From positions 172,112,001 through 172,176,000 of the forward strand of contig NC_042997.1 in assembly GCF_006345805.1 (NCBI RefSeq): a DNA stretch of 64,000 nucleotides, read 5' to 3'. The notes below the pieces were generated by a model that saw nothing but the letters and a program-made list of their open reading frames with translations, had not been told where the DNA came from and searched no databases. Shown one piece after another: positions 1 through 11,440 of the stretch (the stretch's first letter is position 1; each line of letters begins with the position of its first letter). Origin of the DNA: Octopus sinensis (Eukaryota). A program made the translations under genes and the position numbers.

Positions 1-60
1 AGGTCCAAGGAAGGGAAGACGGAGAAAGAAAATTCCCAGCGATACACACACGGTCACATA
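1..60 (-). mobile_element. Edge fragment of the same repeat family as the hammerhead-bearing element at 49341-49560
   Basis: The reverse complement TATGTGACCGTGTGTGTATCGCTGGGAATTTTCTTTCTCCGTCTTCCCTTCCTTGGACCT aligns by eye to 49356-49415. It is truncated by the window edge. Confidence 0.55.
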
Positions 61-64
61 CATA

Positions 65-1158
65 CAGGGTGTTGAGCAAAATTTGACGATATTTTATTTC
101 TCCTTTTTTCAAGAACAGCTTGATGTATTGGTGAACAGTCACTGACATTGGAGAACATAAAGTTAGCTGATATGGAGGTCTGGAAACTATTTGAATATTG
201 GAAAACTGCATTGCCTATATCATGATGGCTTGTGCTGGGTACTAAAACATTGACATCATGACTGCTGTTTAATATTTGGTGAATGCTGTAAAGGCTGTTA
301 AGGCATATGGACAGCTGCAACATAGACAACAAATCCATGAACAGCAGGAAGAGACATGCCAGGTGTTCTGACTGCAACCACATGCCAGAGTTCTTCCCTA
401 TATCTTTAAACAGGGTCATAGGCTCAATTCAGATTGTTATGTGAAGCTGCTGGAAACCATGGTCAATCCTTGGCTGGAGAGGCTTGCTGCTGGAAGGCCA
501 TACGTGTGGCAGCAAGATTTGGCTCTTTTCCATACCTCTGGAAAGTGTTAGAAATGGTTGTCGGAGAATTTCCATGACTTTCCCAGAACCAATTTTCTAT
601 GTGTAGGGTGCAGTTGAGAAAGACCATTCTGGCTGCAACACCAAGACTAAGCTGCCAACCAAGATCAAAGAGGTATTCAAAGATTTTCTCAGGGACACAG
701 TGAAGAATTCATGTGCTAGATTCCAAAGTCATCTTGTGGTTGTGGTGGAAGCTGAGAGCAGCTATTTTGAGTAAACTGCTATCTCCCAGCCATAGCCTAG
801 ATGATATTTTTTGATTTTTAAGGTGGCGAGTTGGCAGAGACGTTAGCATGCCGGGCAAAGTGCTTCCTGGTATATTGCCCATCGCTACGTTCTGAGTTCA
901 AATTCCGCTAAGGTCAACTTTGCCTTTCATCCTTTCGTGGTTGATAAATTAAGTACCAGTTACGCACTGGGGTCAATGTAATCAACTTAATCCATTTGTC
1001 TGTCTTTGTTTGTACCTTCTATGTTTAGCCCCTTGTGGATAGTGGGTAATAAAGAAACAGATATTTTTTGATTTTTTAAAATTACTTTTATTTTTGGATG
1101 GACGGTTTTGTTTCATTTTCCTTTTATGCAAACTGTCAAATTTAGCTCAAACACCCAG
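65..1158 (+). mobile_element. Degenerate maT/DD37D-like (Tc1/mariner superfamily) transposon relic
   Basis: TA|CAGGGTGTTGAGCAAAATTTGAC at 63-87 has an imperfect inverse at about 1135-1158. The remnant reads ETMVNPWLERLAAGRPYVWQQDLALFHTSG around 454-540. Confidence 0.75.
820..1059 (+). mobile_element. tRNA-derived SINE family A (OK-like) nested in the maT relic
   Basis: Head AAGGTGGCGAGTTGGCAGAGACGTTAGC with B-box-like GAGTTCAAATTCC. The 17-bp TSD GATATTTTTTGATTTTT lies at 803-819 and 1060-1076. Confidence 0.9.
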
Positions 1159-2171
1159 GATAAGTAGATAGGTTTAGACATATGTAATGTGTGTACAATT
1201 TGCAAATCTAACAGCCAACATCAATATTTTATTAAATAGCAAAATATATCTCATGTCTTTCAACATATATTATGTTAATGAGAAGTTCCTAATTGAATTC
1301 AGCCTACCTTCTCTGTTATTAGGAACTGCTATAATGTTTATTAAATAAATTTTCCATCAACATTGCTGAACATATGCTTGTAATTATTCGCAAATTGTTT
1401 TCAAATAGCTTAATATCTTCCATATATAATTACTAATTTACTATATTAATATATATTAATAATGAATGCCTAATCAATATTAATACTATTTATAAGGTGG
1501 AAAATGTATCTATGAATATCTCTAGCTTGTCACCAGAAGTCTGTTATTTTTACATCATCCATTTACAACTATTGTTGTTGTTATTATTGTTATTATTACT
1601 GCCATTATTGTTGTTGTTATTGAATCATTATTATTGAATACAGACATTATCATAATTTTTTTACTGATATTATTTAAAATCAATTATCATTAATATACTC
1701 ATATATTGGATATAAATATAGATATATTTTCTATATGTAATTATGTATAATCAGATGCTCAGTTGGAATTTGTACCAATTGCCACAGTTTCTTCATATGA
1801 GAAGAGGAGATAATTCCAAGTATCAGGAATTTTCCAAAATTGACATTCCAATTATGGGAAAAGCGACAGTCTGAATGTCAAAATACAACAGGACAGTTGT
1901 GTACTCATGTTTCTACCTCAGTAGCTGTCATCAGCACAGCAATTATCCTACCTCATCTCTAACAGAACGGACATATGCAAAAAAATGTAGAACCTATTTG
2001 TAGGTTAAGTAATACTTTAAATATTATTTAGAAATGACAAATATTTGCAAAAGTACCTATGGTTGATCTACCATAAATAGTAGCCATTCTCCTTTATATC
2101 ACCCTGACATATATTAAAACTTAAAAGACAAATTGAATAATGAGGTACTATGTACACTGTATACCGTTTTA

Positions 2172-2562
2172 TTCTTTTACTTGTTTCAGTCATTTGACTG
2201 CGGCCATGCTGGAGCACTGCTTTTAGTCGAGCAAATCGACCCCAGGACTTATTCTTTGTAAACCTAGTACTTATTCTATCAGTCTCTTTTGCCGAACCGC
2301 TAAGTTACGGGGACGCAAACACACCAGCATCGGTTGTCAAATGATGTTGGGGGGACAAACACAGACACAGACACACACACACACACACATACATATGTAC
2401 GATGGGCTTCTTTCAGTTTCCATCTACCAAATCCACTCACAAGGCTTTGGTCGACCCGAGACTATAGTAGAAGACATTTGCCCAAGGTGCCATGCTGAAG
2501 GACTGAACCCGGAACCATGTGGTTGGTAAGCAAGCTACTTACCACTCAGCCACTCCAGCGCC
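2172..2562 (-). mobile_element. SINE family B (CORE-like domain GGCACCTTGGGCAAGTGTCTT, internal CA/TA microsatellite; OR-type)
   Basis: Full-length copy matching the other family B copies (e.g. 30717-31116): tRNA-like head, core domain and GACTGAAACAAGTAAAAGA tail. Confidence 0.85.
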
Positions 2563-2879
2563 TAATAAATCTAATAGGATGGCTACGTCTGGAACACCTT
2601 TGATCCTAAGTCTGCTCAATTTCATGAGGTGACCTGGGTATAGCTTAGTAAGATTTGGCAGACAGATTTGTCCAAAAGTATTTCCTTTAGCAAATTACAG
2701 AGATTAAATCTTACCAGTTGTATAAATCTTAGAGAGAGTTCAAGTTCAGCCAGGGTGAGATTCCAAACAAGCATTTTCATTAATTAGCATTGCTCAAATC
2801 CAATCCCGCTACAGAGTGTATCACAGGACAAGAGTGTCCAAGCATGACCCAACACTCACAGTCAATCCAGCTCTCACTC

Positions 2880-2893
2880 AGTCTCTCTCTCTT

Positions 2894-2926
<33 letters not shown>

Positions 2927-2962
2927 AGCACACACACACACACACACAAACACATGCGCACA
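2880..2962. repeat. (CT)n(CA)n microsatellite
   Basis: Visible directly in the sequence. Confidence 0.95.
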
Positions 2963-3294
2963 CATGTAATATTAGTATTGATTACTTCCCTCACAATTCA
3001 CATCTGTTCAGTATGGATTCATTACAGAGAAGATTATCACGTCTTCAATGGAATTCCATTAAGACCATAATTCTGCCAATTTATTGATTCCATCAGAAAA
3101 TCGATTCTTCATGAAAGCACATAAAGTATTTTACCATTGTTCTGTTACAAGACAACAATTGCATCAATTAGAGTAAATACGGAATCAGACTAAAGTAATG
3201 AGTCGATGATAAAATTGATGTGGTTTCATTTAAAAATAGAAGCAATTGAATCTAACCTTAGGCTTGACAGTATGCAGATGGTTAATACTCAGAG

Positions 3295-3314
3295 AGACAC
3301 ACACACACACAAAC

Positions 3315-3379
<65 letters not shown>

Positions 3380-3405
3380 AATATGTGTATGTATATATAT
3401 ATATA

Positions 3406-3449
<44 letters not shown>

Positions 3450-3735
3450 TGTGTATGTATATATATATAAATATGTATATATATATATAAATATAAATAT
3501 GTATATATATATATATGCATATGCACATGCATACACATGCATCATATATATCTATATCTATATATATGTGTGTGTATACATATAATATATACAGATATAT
3601 ACATATAATGTATGTATATATGTATGAATATATATATATATATATTTATATTCATCTATATATATATTTGTATGTGTGTGTGTGTGTGTGGTGTGTGTGT
3701 GTGTGTGTGTGTGTGTGTCTGTGAATATATGTATA
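3295..3735. repeat. Compound (CA)n/(TA)n/(GT)n microsatellite block
   Basis: Visible directly; it is the source of the spurious YI/CV-rich ORFs. Confidence 0.95.
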
Positions 3736-3737
3736 TA

Positions 3738-6700
3738 GAGGCATCAAGCTGTTGGATCAGGTAATGAAGGTTACGGAGAGGGTTATAGCCCAGTTAATTA
3801 GAGAGAGAGTTAGCTTAGATGATATGCAGTTTGGGTTCATGCCAGGGAAAAGTACTACTGATGCTATATTCCTGGTAAGACAGCTGCAGGGAAATACCTA
3901 GCCAAAGGTAAGCCCTTGTACCTGGCTTTTGTGACTTAGAGAAAGCCTTTGACAGGGTCCCCCGATCCCTTATCTGGTGGTCAATGAGGAAACTAGGGAT
4001 AGATGAATGGTTAGTGAGAGCTGTGCGAGCCATGTACAGAGACGCAGCTAGTAAGGTGAGGGTTGGAAACGAGTACAGTGAAGAATTCCGGTAGAGGTTG
4101 GGGTCCACCAAGGTTCCAGTCAGTCCTCAGCCCCCTCCTATTTATCATAGCCCTCCAGGCAATAACGGAAGAATTTAAGACAGGATGCCCCTGGGAGCTC
4201 CTCTATGCTGATGACCTTGCTCTAATTGCTGAGTCACTATCAGAACTGGAGGAGAAGTTCAGGTGTGGAAACAAGGATTAGAATCGAAGGCCTTAGAATC
4301 AACCTAGCCAAAACCAAAGTCCTAATAAGTAGGAAGGTGGACCAACCACAAACGACTTCAGGTAGATGGCCCTGCTCGATCTGTAAAAAAGGTGTAGGTA
4401 GAACTCTATAAGGTGCACCAAGTGTAAGCTATGGACACATAAGAGGTGCAGCAATGTCAAGGGAAGGCTAACTAAGAAAATAGTTTTGTCTGTGACAGAT
4501 GCTCAGGAGAAATAAACACTGGAATGTGCAGAGTCCAACTTCTACCACGTTCCAGGGAGACAAACTAGAAGTAGTTGATAGCTTCCGCTACCTAGGAGAC
4601 CAAGTCAGTAGCGGGGGTGGTGTGCTGAAAGCGTAACTGCTAGAGTAAGATAGCCTGGGCAAAGTTTAGAGAGCTCTTACCCCTGCTGGTGACAAAAGGT
4701 CTCTCGCTAAGAGTAAAAGGCAGACTATATGATGCGTGTGTACGTACAGCCATGCTACATGGTAGTGAAACATGGGCCGTGACAGCTGAGGATATGCGTA
4801 AGCTTGCAAGAAATGAAGCCAGTATGCTCCGATGGATGTGTAATGTCATGTTCATAATCGTCAGAGTGTAAGTACTTTGAGAGAAAAGTTGAACCTAAGA
4901 AGTGTCAGTTGTGGTGTGCAAGAGAGACGGCTGCGCTGGTATGGTCATGTGACGAGAATGGCTGAAGATAGTTGTGTGCAAAAGTGCTACACCCTAGCAG
5001 TTGAGGGAACCTGTGGAAGAGGTAGACCCAGGAAAACCTGGGACGAGGTGGTGAAGCACGACCTTCGAACTTTAGGTCTCACCAAGGAAATGACTGAAGA
5101 CCGAGTCCTATGGAAGTGTGCTGTGCATGAGAGGACCCGGCAGGACTAGTCAGGCCATATCCCGTGGCCCCTACCTGGGACGTAGTCGATCCACCTGTGC
5201 ATACCTTCCTTCTTGTGACACTTGTGAAGACCTGCTGAGGCAAGTGAAAATCAATCAAAATAGATGAACATCAATGGAATTTGTATCTTTGTGGTACCAG
5301 TGCCTGTGGCACACAAGAAAACCATCCGAACGTGGCCGTAGCCAGTACCGCATCGACTGGCCTCCGTGCTGTGGAACATGGTGGCACATAAAAAACCCAT
5401 CCGAAGACCCGCAAGACTAGTCAGGTCATAACCCGTGGGCCCTACCTGGGACGTAGTCAGTCCACCTGTACATACCTTCCGACTTGTGAAGACCTGCTGA
5501 GGCAAGTGAAAATCAAATCAAATCAAATCAAAACAAATCAAAATAGATGAACATCAATGGAATTTGTATCCTTGTGGTACCAGTGCCAGTGGCACACAAG
5601 AATCCATCCGAACGTGGCCGTAGTCAGTACCGCTTGTGGTACCGTGCCGGTGGCACACAAGAATCCATCCGAACGTGGCCGTAGTCAGTAACCGCTTGTG
5701 GTACCAGTGCCGGTGGCACACAAGAATCCATCCGAACGTGGCCGTAGTCAGTACCGCATCACTGGCCATCGTGCTGTGGGCACATAACGAACACCATCCG
5801 GTCGTGGCCGTTCGCCAGCCTCATCTAGCACCAGTGTCGGTGGCACATAAAAACACCTTCCGAAGACCCGGCAAGACTAGTCAGGCCATAAACCATGGCC
5901 CCTACCTGGGACGTAGTCAGTCCACCTGTGCATACCTTCCTCCTTGTGATACTTGGGAAGGCCTGTTGAGGCAAGTGAAAATCAAATCAAATCAAAACAA
6001 ATCAAAATAGATGAACATCAATGGAATCTCCTTCTTGTGACACTTGTGAAGACCTGTTGAGGCAAGTGAAAATCAAATCAAAACAAATCAAAATAGATGA
6101 ACATCAATGGAATCTGTATCTTGTGGTACCAGTGCCGGTGGCACACACTTTGTGGTACCAGTGCCGGTGGCACACATGAGAACCATCCGAACGTGGCCGT
6201 AGCCAGAGAACCATCCGAACGTGGCCGTAGCCAGTTCCGCATCGACCGGCCTCCGTGCTGTGGGCACGTAACAAACACCATCCGATCATGGCCGTTCGCC
6301 AGCCTCATCTGGCACCTGTGTCGGTGGCACATAAAAACACCTTCCGAAGACCCGGCAAGACTAGTCAGTCCACCTGTGCATACCTTCCTTCTTGTGACAC
6401 TTGTGAAGACCGGCAAGTGAAAATCAAATCAAATCAAATCAAATCAAAATAGACAAAATAGATGAACATCAATGGAATTGTATCTTGTGGTACCAGTGCC
6501 TGTGGCACACAAGAAATCCATCAGTGCCGTAGTCAGTGCGGTGGGCACATGACAAACACCATCCGATCGTGGCCGTTCGCCAGCCTCATCTAGCACCTGT
6601 GTCGGTGGCACATAAAAACACCATCCGAAGACCCGGCAAGACTAGTCAGGCCATAACCCATGGCCCCTACCTGGGACGTAGTCAGTCCACCTGTGCATAC

Positions 6701-7338
6701 CTTCCTTCTTGTGACACTTGTGAAGACCTGTTGAGGCAAGTGAAAATCAAATCAAAACAAATCAAAATATGAACATCAATGGAATTTGTATCTTTGTGGC
6801 ACGTGGCACATAAGAAAACCATCCGAACGTGGCCGTAGCCAGTACCGCATCGACTGGCCTTCGTGCTGTGGGCACGTAACAAGCACCATCCGATCGTAGC
6901 CGTTTGCCAGCCTCATAAAAACACCATCCGAGCGTGGCCGTCTGCCAGCCTCGTCTGGCACCTGTGTCGGTGGCACATAAAAACACCATCCGAGCGTGGC
7001 CATCTGCCAGCCTCGTCTGGCACCTGTGTCGGTGGCACATAAAAACACCATCCGAGCGTGGCCGTCTGCCAGCCTCGTCTGGCACCTGTGTCGGTGGCAC
7101 ATAAAACAACATCCGAGCGTGGCCGTTTGCCAGCCTCGTCTGGCACCTGTGTCGGTGGCACATAAAATCACCCACTACACTCTCGGAGTGGTTGGCGTTA
7201 GGAAGGGCATCCAGCTGTAGAAACACTGCCAGATCTGACTGGACTGGTGCAGCTTTCGGGCTCCCCAGACCCCAGTTGAACCGTCCAACCCATGCTAGCA
7301 TGGAAAGCGGACGTTAATTGATGATGATGATGATGATG
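3738..7338 (+). mobile_element. 5'-truncated RTE-clade LINE: frameshifted RT C-terminal half, concatemerised 3' UTR and (GAT)n tail
   Basis: Translation across frameshifts gives RGIKLLDQVMKVTERV, QFGFMPGKSTTDAIFLVRQ, F.DLEKAFDRVP, SVLSPLLFII, LLYADDL, FRYLG, WYGHVTRM and GRPRKTWDEVVKHD, with a stop at 5149. The 3' end reads GGCGTTAGGAAGGGCATCCAGCTGTAGAAAC followed by (GAT)n. Confidence 0.9.
5134..7170 (+). repeat. Tandem array of five 3'-UTR copies with nested 62-bp subrepeats
   Basis: The unit start GACCCGGCAAGACTAGTCAG recurs at about 5134, 5404, 5863, 6346 and 6627. 62-bp units start at 6922, 6984, 7046 and 7107. Confidence 0.9.
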
Positions 7339-7339
7339 T

Positions 7340-7382
7340 ACGTGTATATGTATATATGTGTGTGTAAATATATATGTATATG

Positions 7383-7437
<55 letters not shown>

Positions 7438-7530
7438 GCACACACACATACATACATGTGTACCTTTATGTGTGTGTGAGAGTATATATATATATATTAT
7501 ATATATATATACATACATACACACACACAC
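7340..7530. repeat. Compound (TA)n/(CA)n microsatellite
   Basis: Visible directly in the sequence. Confidence 0.9.
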
Positions 7531-8357
7531 AATTATGTGTAAAAATGAAAGAAAAGAGCTCTGAATACTATATGAAGAACACTTTATATTTATTGCAAAA
7601 CATTCAGTGAATTCAACTTCATCTTTATTCAGAGTTTAACACAATTTAAACGCACAATGTATATACTTGTGATACTGCAGATGATATCATGGAAGTTGAT
7701 GGTAGTGGCAACTTACTACAATAACTTCTGAAGAACCACAGACAGATGCCTCATGCATAACTGTGTGAAATTGAGTGATGATAGGGTGAATTTACCAATT
7801 GTCTTCACAAACACATACATACTTACACATATATGTTTATATATAAACAAGTGAACAAAAAATATATATTTATAGTACAAGTGTTTATTTGGCAAAAATA
7901 AAAAAAATAATAATGAATAAAATGGCTGTCCCTAAGTATGACAATATCTGTTTCAACACATGATTTCACATCAGGAATCTTGTAAAATGAATTGATAAAC
8001 AGAGAATGGAGTGAGTGGAGCAAGAACATACATGGAAACGAAAAGTGTCACTGAAGAGGTCACAGGTGAGTGACAAAAATTTTCCAAACAATGAACAGGC
8101 ATCAAAATAATAAAAATAATAAAATAACACTAATAAGCAAATGAAAAAATATAAATATAGTGTGTTTGTTTATTTGGCAAAAAAAAATAATAATAAATAA
8201 AATGACCATTCTGAATTACAACAATATATATATGTATATATATATATAAGTTCAGTAAAATTTAGATTCAGATGAATGTGGTACTAAAGTTAAAGGCGCC
8301 AGAATTTAGTATGGTATAATCCATATAATAATGCCATTTTGAATTATATATATATAT

Positions 8358-9102
8358 ATCATCATCATCATCATTGTTTAACGTCCGCTTTCCATGCTAG
8401 CATGGGTTGGACGGTTCAACTGGGGTCTGGGGAGCCCGAAGGCTGCACCAGGCCAGTCAAATCTGGCAGTGTTTCTACAGCTGGATGCCCTTCCTAACGC
8501 CAACCACCCCGAGAGTGTAGTGGGTGATTTTATGTGCCACCGACACAGGTGCCAGACGAGGCTGGCGAACGGCCACGCTCGGATGGTGTTTTTTATGTGC
8601 CACCGGCACAAGTGCCAGATGAGGCTGGCAGACGGCCACGCTCAGATGGTGTTTTTATGTGCCACCGACACAGGTGCCAGACGAGGCTGGCAGACGGCCA
8701 CGCTCAGATGGTGTTTTTTATGTGCCACCGACACAGGTACCAGACGAGGCTGGCAGACGGCCACGCTCGGATGGTGTTTTTTATGTGCCACCGACACAGG
8801 TGCCAGTCGAGGCTGGCGAACGGCCACGGTCGGATGGTGTTTGTTACGTGCCCACAGCATGGAGGCCAGTCGATGCGGTACTGGCTACGGCCACGTTCGG
8901 ATGGTTTTCTTATGTGCCACCGGCACTGGTACCACAAAGATACAAATTCCATTGATGTTCATCTATTTTGATTTGGTTTGATTTTATTTGATTTTCACTT
9001 GCCTCAACAGGTCTTCACAAATGTCACAAGAAGGAAGGTATGCACAGGTGGACTGACTACGTCCCAGGTAGGGGCCACAGGTTATGGCTTCACTAACCCG
9101 TG

Positions 9103-9105
<3 letters not shown>
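8358..9105 (-). mobile_element. RTE 3'-UTR-only copy, same subfamily as 3738-7338, in inverted orientation
   Basis: It has a (CAT)n tail at its start and is the reverse complement of the 6650-7338 segment, including the 62/63-bp units. Confidence 0.9.
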
Positions 9106-9149
<44 letters not shown>

Positions 9150-9689
9150 TATATATATATTAAAGATAAAAAGAGAAGACAAATTGTACCAGGAAAAAAT
9201 TTTATATTACCTCAACAATTGTTTCATCTTCAAGATGCACTGCTCCCTTGTGGGCATGGAACGATGCAATATTGCCACATGCAAGTCACATTGCATAGAA
9301 GGCTCCTCATATGGGATAATAAGGTTTTTTTAAGCAGGGAGATTTACATTTGAGTTTCATTGTATTGAGAGATTTTAGCAGTTAGACAGATACACAGACA
9401 AACAAACGTGCACATTCATATGATTAAATCAATACAAAGGTGTATAGATGCACAGATTAATATTTATACTCATGGGTATGTGCCAGCATACACCACCACA
9501 TGTATGTATAGCAGTCAATCACACACACAGCTATACACATACAGGAACACACCTATACACATGGATACATATCTCAGGGCACAAAGATTCACTCACCTGG
9601 AACTTACCCTGAAATAAGGTTTCGATACTGTGTTTAACAGGTATTTTCTTGACCTTAATTCTTCAACCTTATATATATATATATATATG

Positions 9690-9837
9690 TAGGTCCCGGG
9701 TTGAGTCGGGGTTAACCACAGTAAATAAGGTACTCAATACATAGCAGAGTAAATTAATTTATTTTATAGAAGGAGCTTCTACAGGACTAGAACTGTTTCA
9801 TTCAAATGAAACAGTTCTAGTCCTGTAGAAGCTCCTT

Positions 9838-9843
<6 letters not shown>
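9690..9843. mobile_element. Short element in (TA)n ending in a perfect 80-bp palindrome; Penelope-like terminal remnant suspected
   Basis: 39-bp arms at 9764-9802 and 9805-9843 with a 2-nt spacer, flanked by (TA)n on both sides. The PLE assignment is inferred from the geometry only. Confidence 0.5.
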
Positions 9844-9885
<42 letters not shown>

Positions 9886-9889
9886 TATA

Positions 9890-9956
9890 ATTATCCCATA
9901 TTAAAATAAATTTGTTTGAAATTTTAAGGTGTTTCCATTATTTTGTCCAATCCCTG
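9890..9956 (+). mobile_element. Solo right end (TIR) of a Tc1 family related to 24696-25750
   Basis: GGTGTTTCCATTATTTTGTCCAATCCCTG|TA is the reverse complement of CAGG(G)ATTGGACAAAATAAT(G)GAAAC, similar to the TIR at 24696. Confidence 0.6.
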
Positions 9957-10039
9957 TATGTATATATAATACATAGAGTACATTTATACAATATGTTTAT
10001 AATGAACTTCTATGCAAGCAGACAATAGTACATTAATCC

Positions 10040-10665
10040 AAGTAACGTGTGTTACAAAATCGTTAATAAATTAGGATTAGCAGACAGAATGCAACCATTT
10101 CAATCTAAGTGCCCAATATTCAACATGAAAGACCACATATCGAACTTCAATGAAAACCCTATGTTTAAATTGATTAGCCTTAAAATCAAACATAGATTCA
10201 ATAAAAAGGTATTAGATAGGATAAGGCCTAAAGTGCAAAACTACCTCCACCTTATTCTCTGGCTAAAAATGAAGGAATTATCGGATTGGTTTGTTAACAT
10301 AGCTAATGATCATAGAACTTCTTCCTGCAATTTAATATAGACAATTATTACTCTTCTATCTCCCTTCTAAAAAGAGCCCAGGAAATTTATTGATATAACT
10401 AAAGAGGAAATAAATATAATTTTAGTTGCTCAGAAATCTATAATTCTTTTAGGAATTCAAAGAAAAATAACTTTGACATAATGAATGGATCTTTTAACTC
10501 TGTACAAACCACTGATTTGGAATGTTCTTGCTTTATAATTTATAGGATCAATTCCAGAAGATTATACCATGATAACACTCTCCTGTCTATTAGTAATTAT
10601 ACACCATCATCATTGAAAAAGACTTTGTATAGGACTGCACAAATCGTTCAAGGAATACAATCTTT
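10040..10665 (+). mobile_element. Highly degenerate Penelope-like element reverse transcriptase fragment
   Basis: Remnant motifs appear in the expected order: FNMKDHISNF.ENP..KLIS (KDHK.NF..P..RLIN-like), WFVNI, FNIDNYYSSIS (FDI.EFYPSIS-like), MNGSFNSVQTTDL (MGSFD.AE..DL-like) and LYHDNTL (LYRDDGL-like). Confidence 0.55.
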
Positions 10666-10679
10666 CTATAGCTTTTGGT

Positions 10680-11050
10680 GAGGAATGATACTGGGAATGT
10701 TGGGTGTCTGAGAAGGTGAGATGGCTTCAAGGTCAAGGATTACTGATAGCATTAAAGTGGAAAATGAAATATGTACAGTTTTGCGCTCATATGATTTTAG
10801 CAGCTGAGTGAATAGGACTGTAGTTAGAAGTGTGATGGAGGGATGGGTGCTGGGAAGATGAATAGTTAGGATTGCTTGACATTGAGTGTAGGGGCAGAGA
10901 CAAAACAATGTACTTTTAGGACCTCATTCTTGTTGAAATGGAGGGATCTTGTTAAACACAGTGAAACGCCAATCATCTTGGGCCTTTGTTATCCTGCTAC
11001 GGTCAACTTTGTCTCTTATCTTTTTGAGGTCAATAAAAAGAATACCAATC
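10680..11050 (-). mobile_element. Possible very old non-LTR RT fragment
   Basis: The minus strand reads FIDLKKIRDKVDR (FIDL.KA.D-like), followed by a weak GVPQGSVLSPTLFN-like remnant. The match is weak. Confidence 0.25.
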
Positions 11051-11440
11051 CAGAGTGATGAGCTGATAGAACTGTAAAAATATCTGGCCAGATGTCTTAT
11101 GGTATTTGTTCCAGCTCTTTGTGTTCTGAGTTCAAATCCTGCTGTGACCTACTTCAGTGGTAAACTTAATCTATTTCCCAGTTTAACACAACCACCTGGC
11201 ACTTTGGGAACCTTTAGCAGAGTCCACTCTATCGTAAGTATTGAGGCCAGGACTTACGTTTGAGGATATTTTCCATCCTTTCTCCCACTGGTCATGAAAG
11301 CCCAACAAAGAGTCATGACTACTGCTTTCTCTTCTGACTAAAAGAAAAAGAGAGAGAAATCATATAACATGTAAAATAACAAAAGAACACAATGACTAAT
11401 GTAGTTCTGGTTCTGTAGCAGTGTTTTCATCATAGAACTA

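Noticed and set aside
3206-3724. Many ORFs rich in YI, CV, TH, M or H (also at 7.3, 17.1, 32-33, 41.2, 57.5, 58.1 and 62 kb)
   Set aside because: They are translations of di- and trinucleotide microsatellites.
5134-7170. CRISPR-like repeat-spacer appearance of the GGTGGCAC arrays (also at 54000-54450)
   Set aside because: The units are tandem copies of an RTE 3' UTR, with no unique spacers of constant length and no cas genes, in a eukaryotic context.
7840-8230. Degenerate direct repeat of about 90 bp (GTTTATTTGGCAAAAA...AAAATG) between the inverted RTE arms
   Set aside because: It is A-rich and low-complexity with no termini or TSD, so it is too weak to classify.
5251-8981. Long ORFs with repeated CHRHRCQTRLADGH or MPPTQVPDEAG motifs
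   Set aside because: They arise from stop-free frames of the 62-bp UTR repeat on either strand; there is no evidence of coding.
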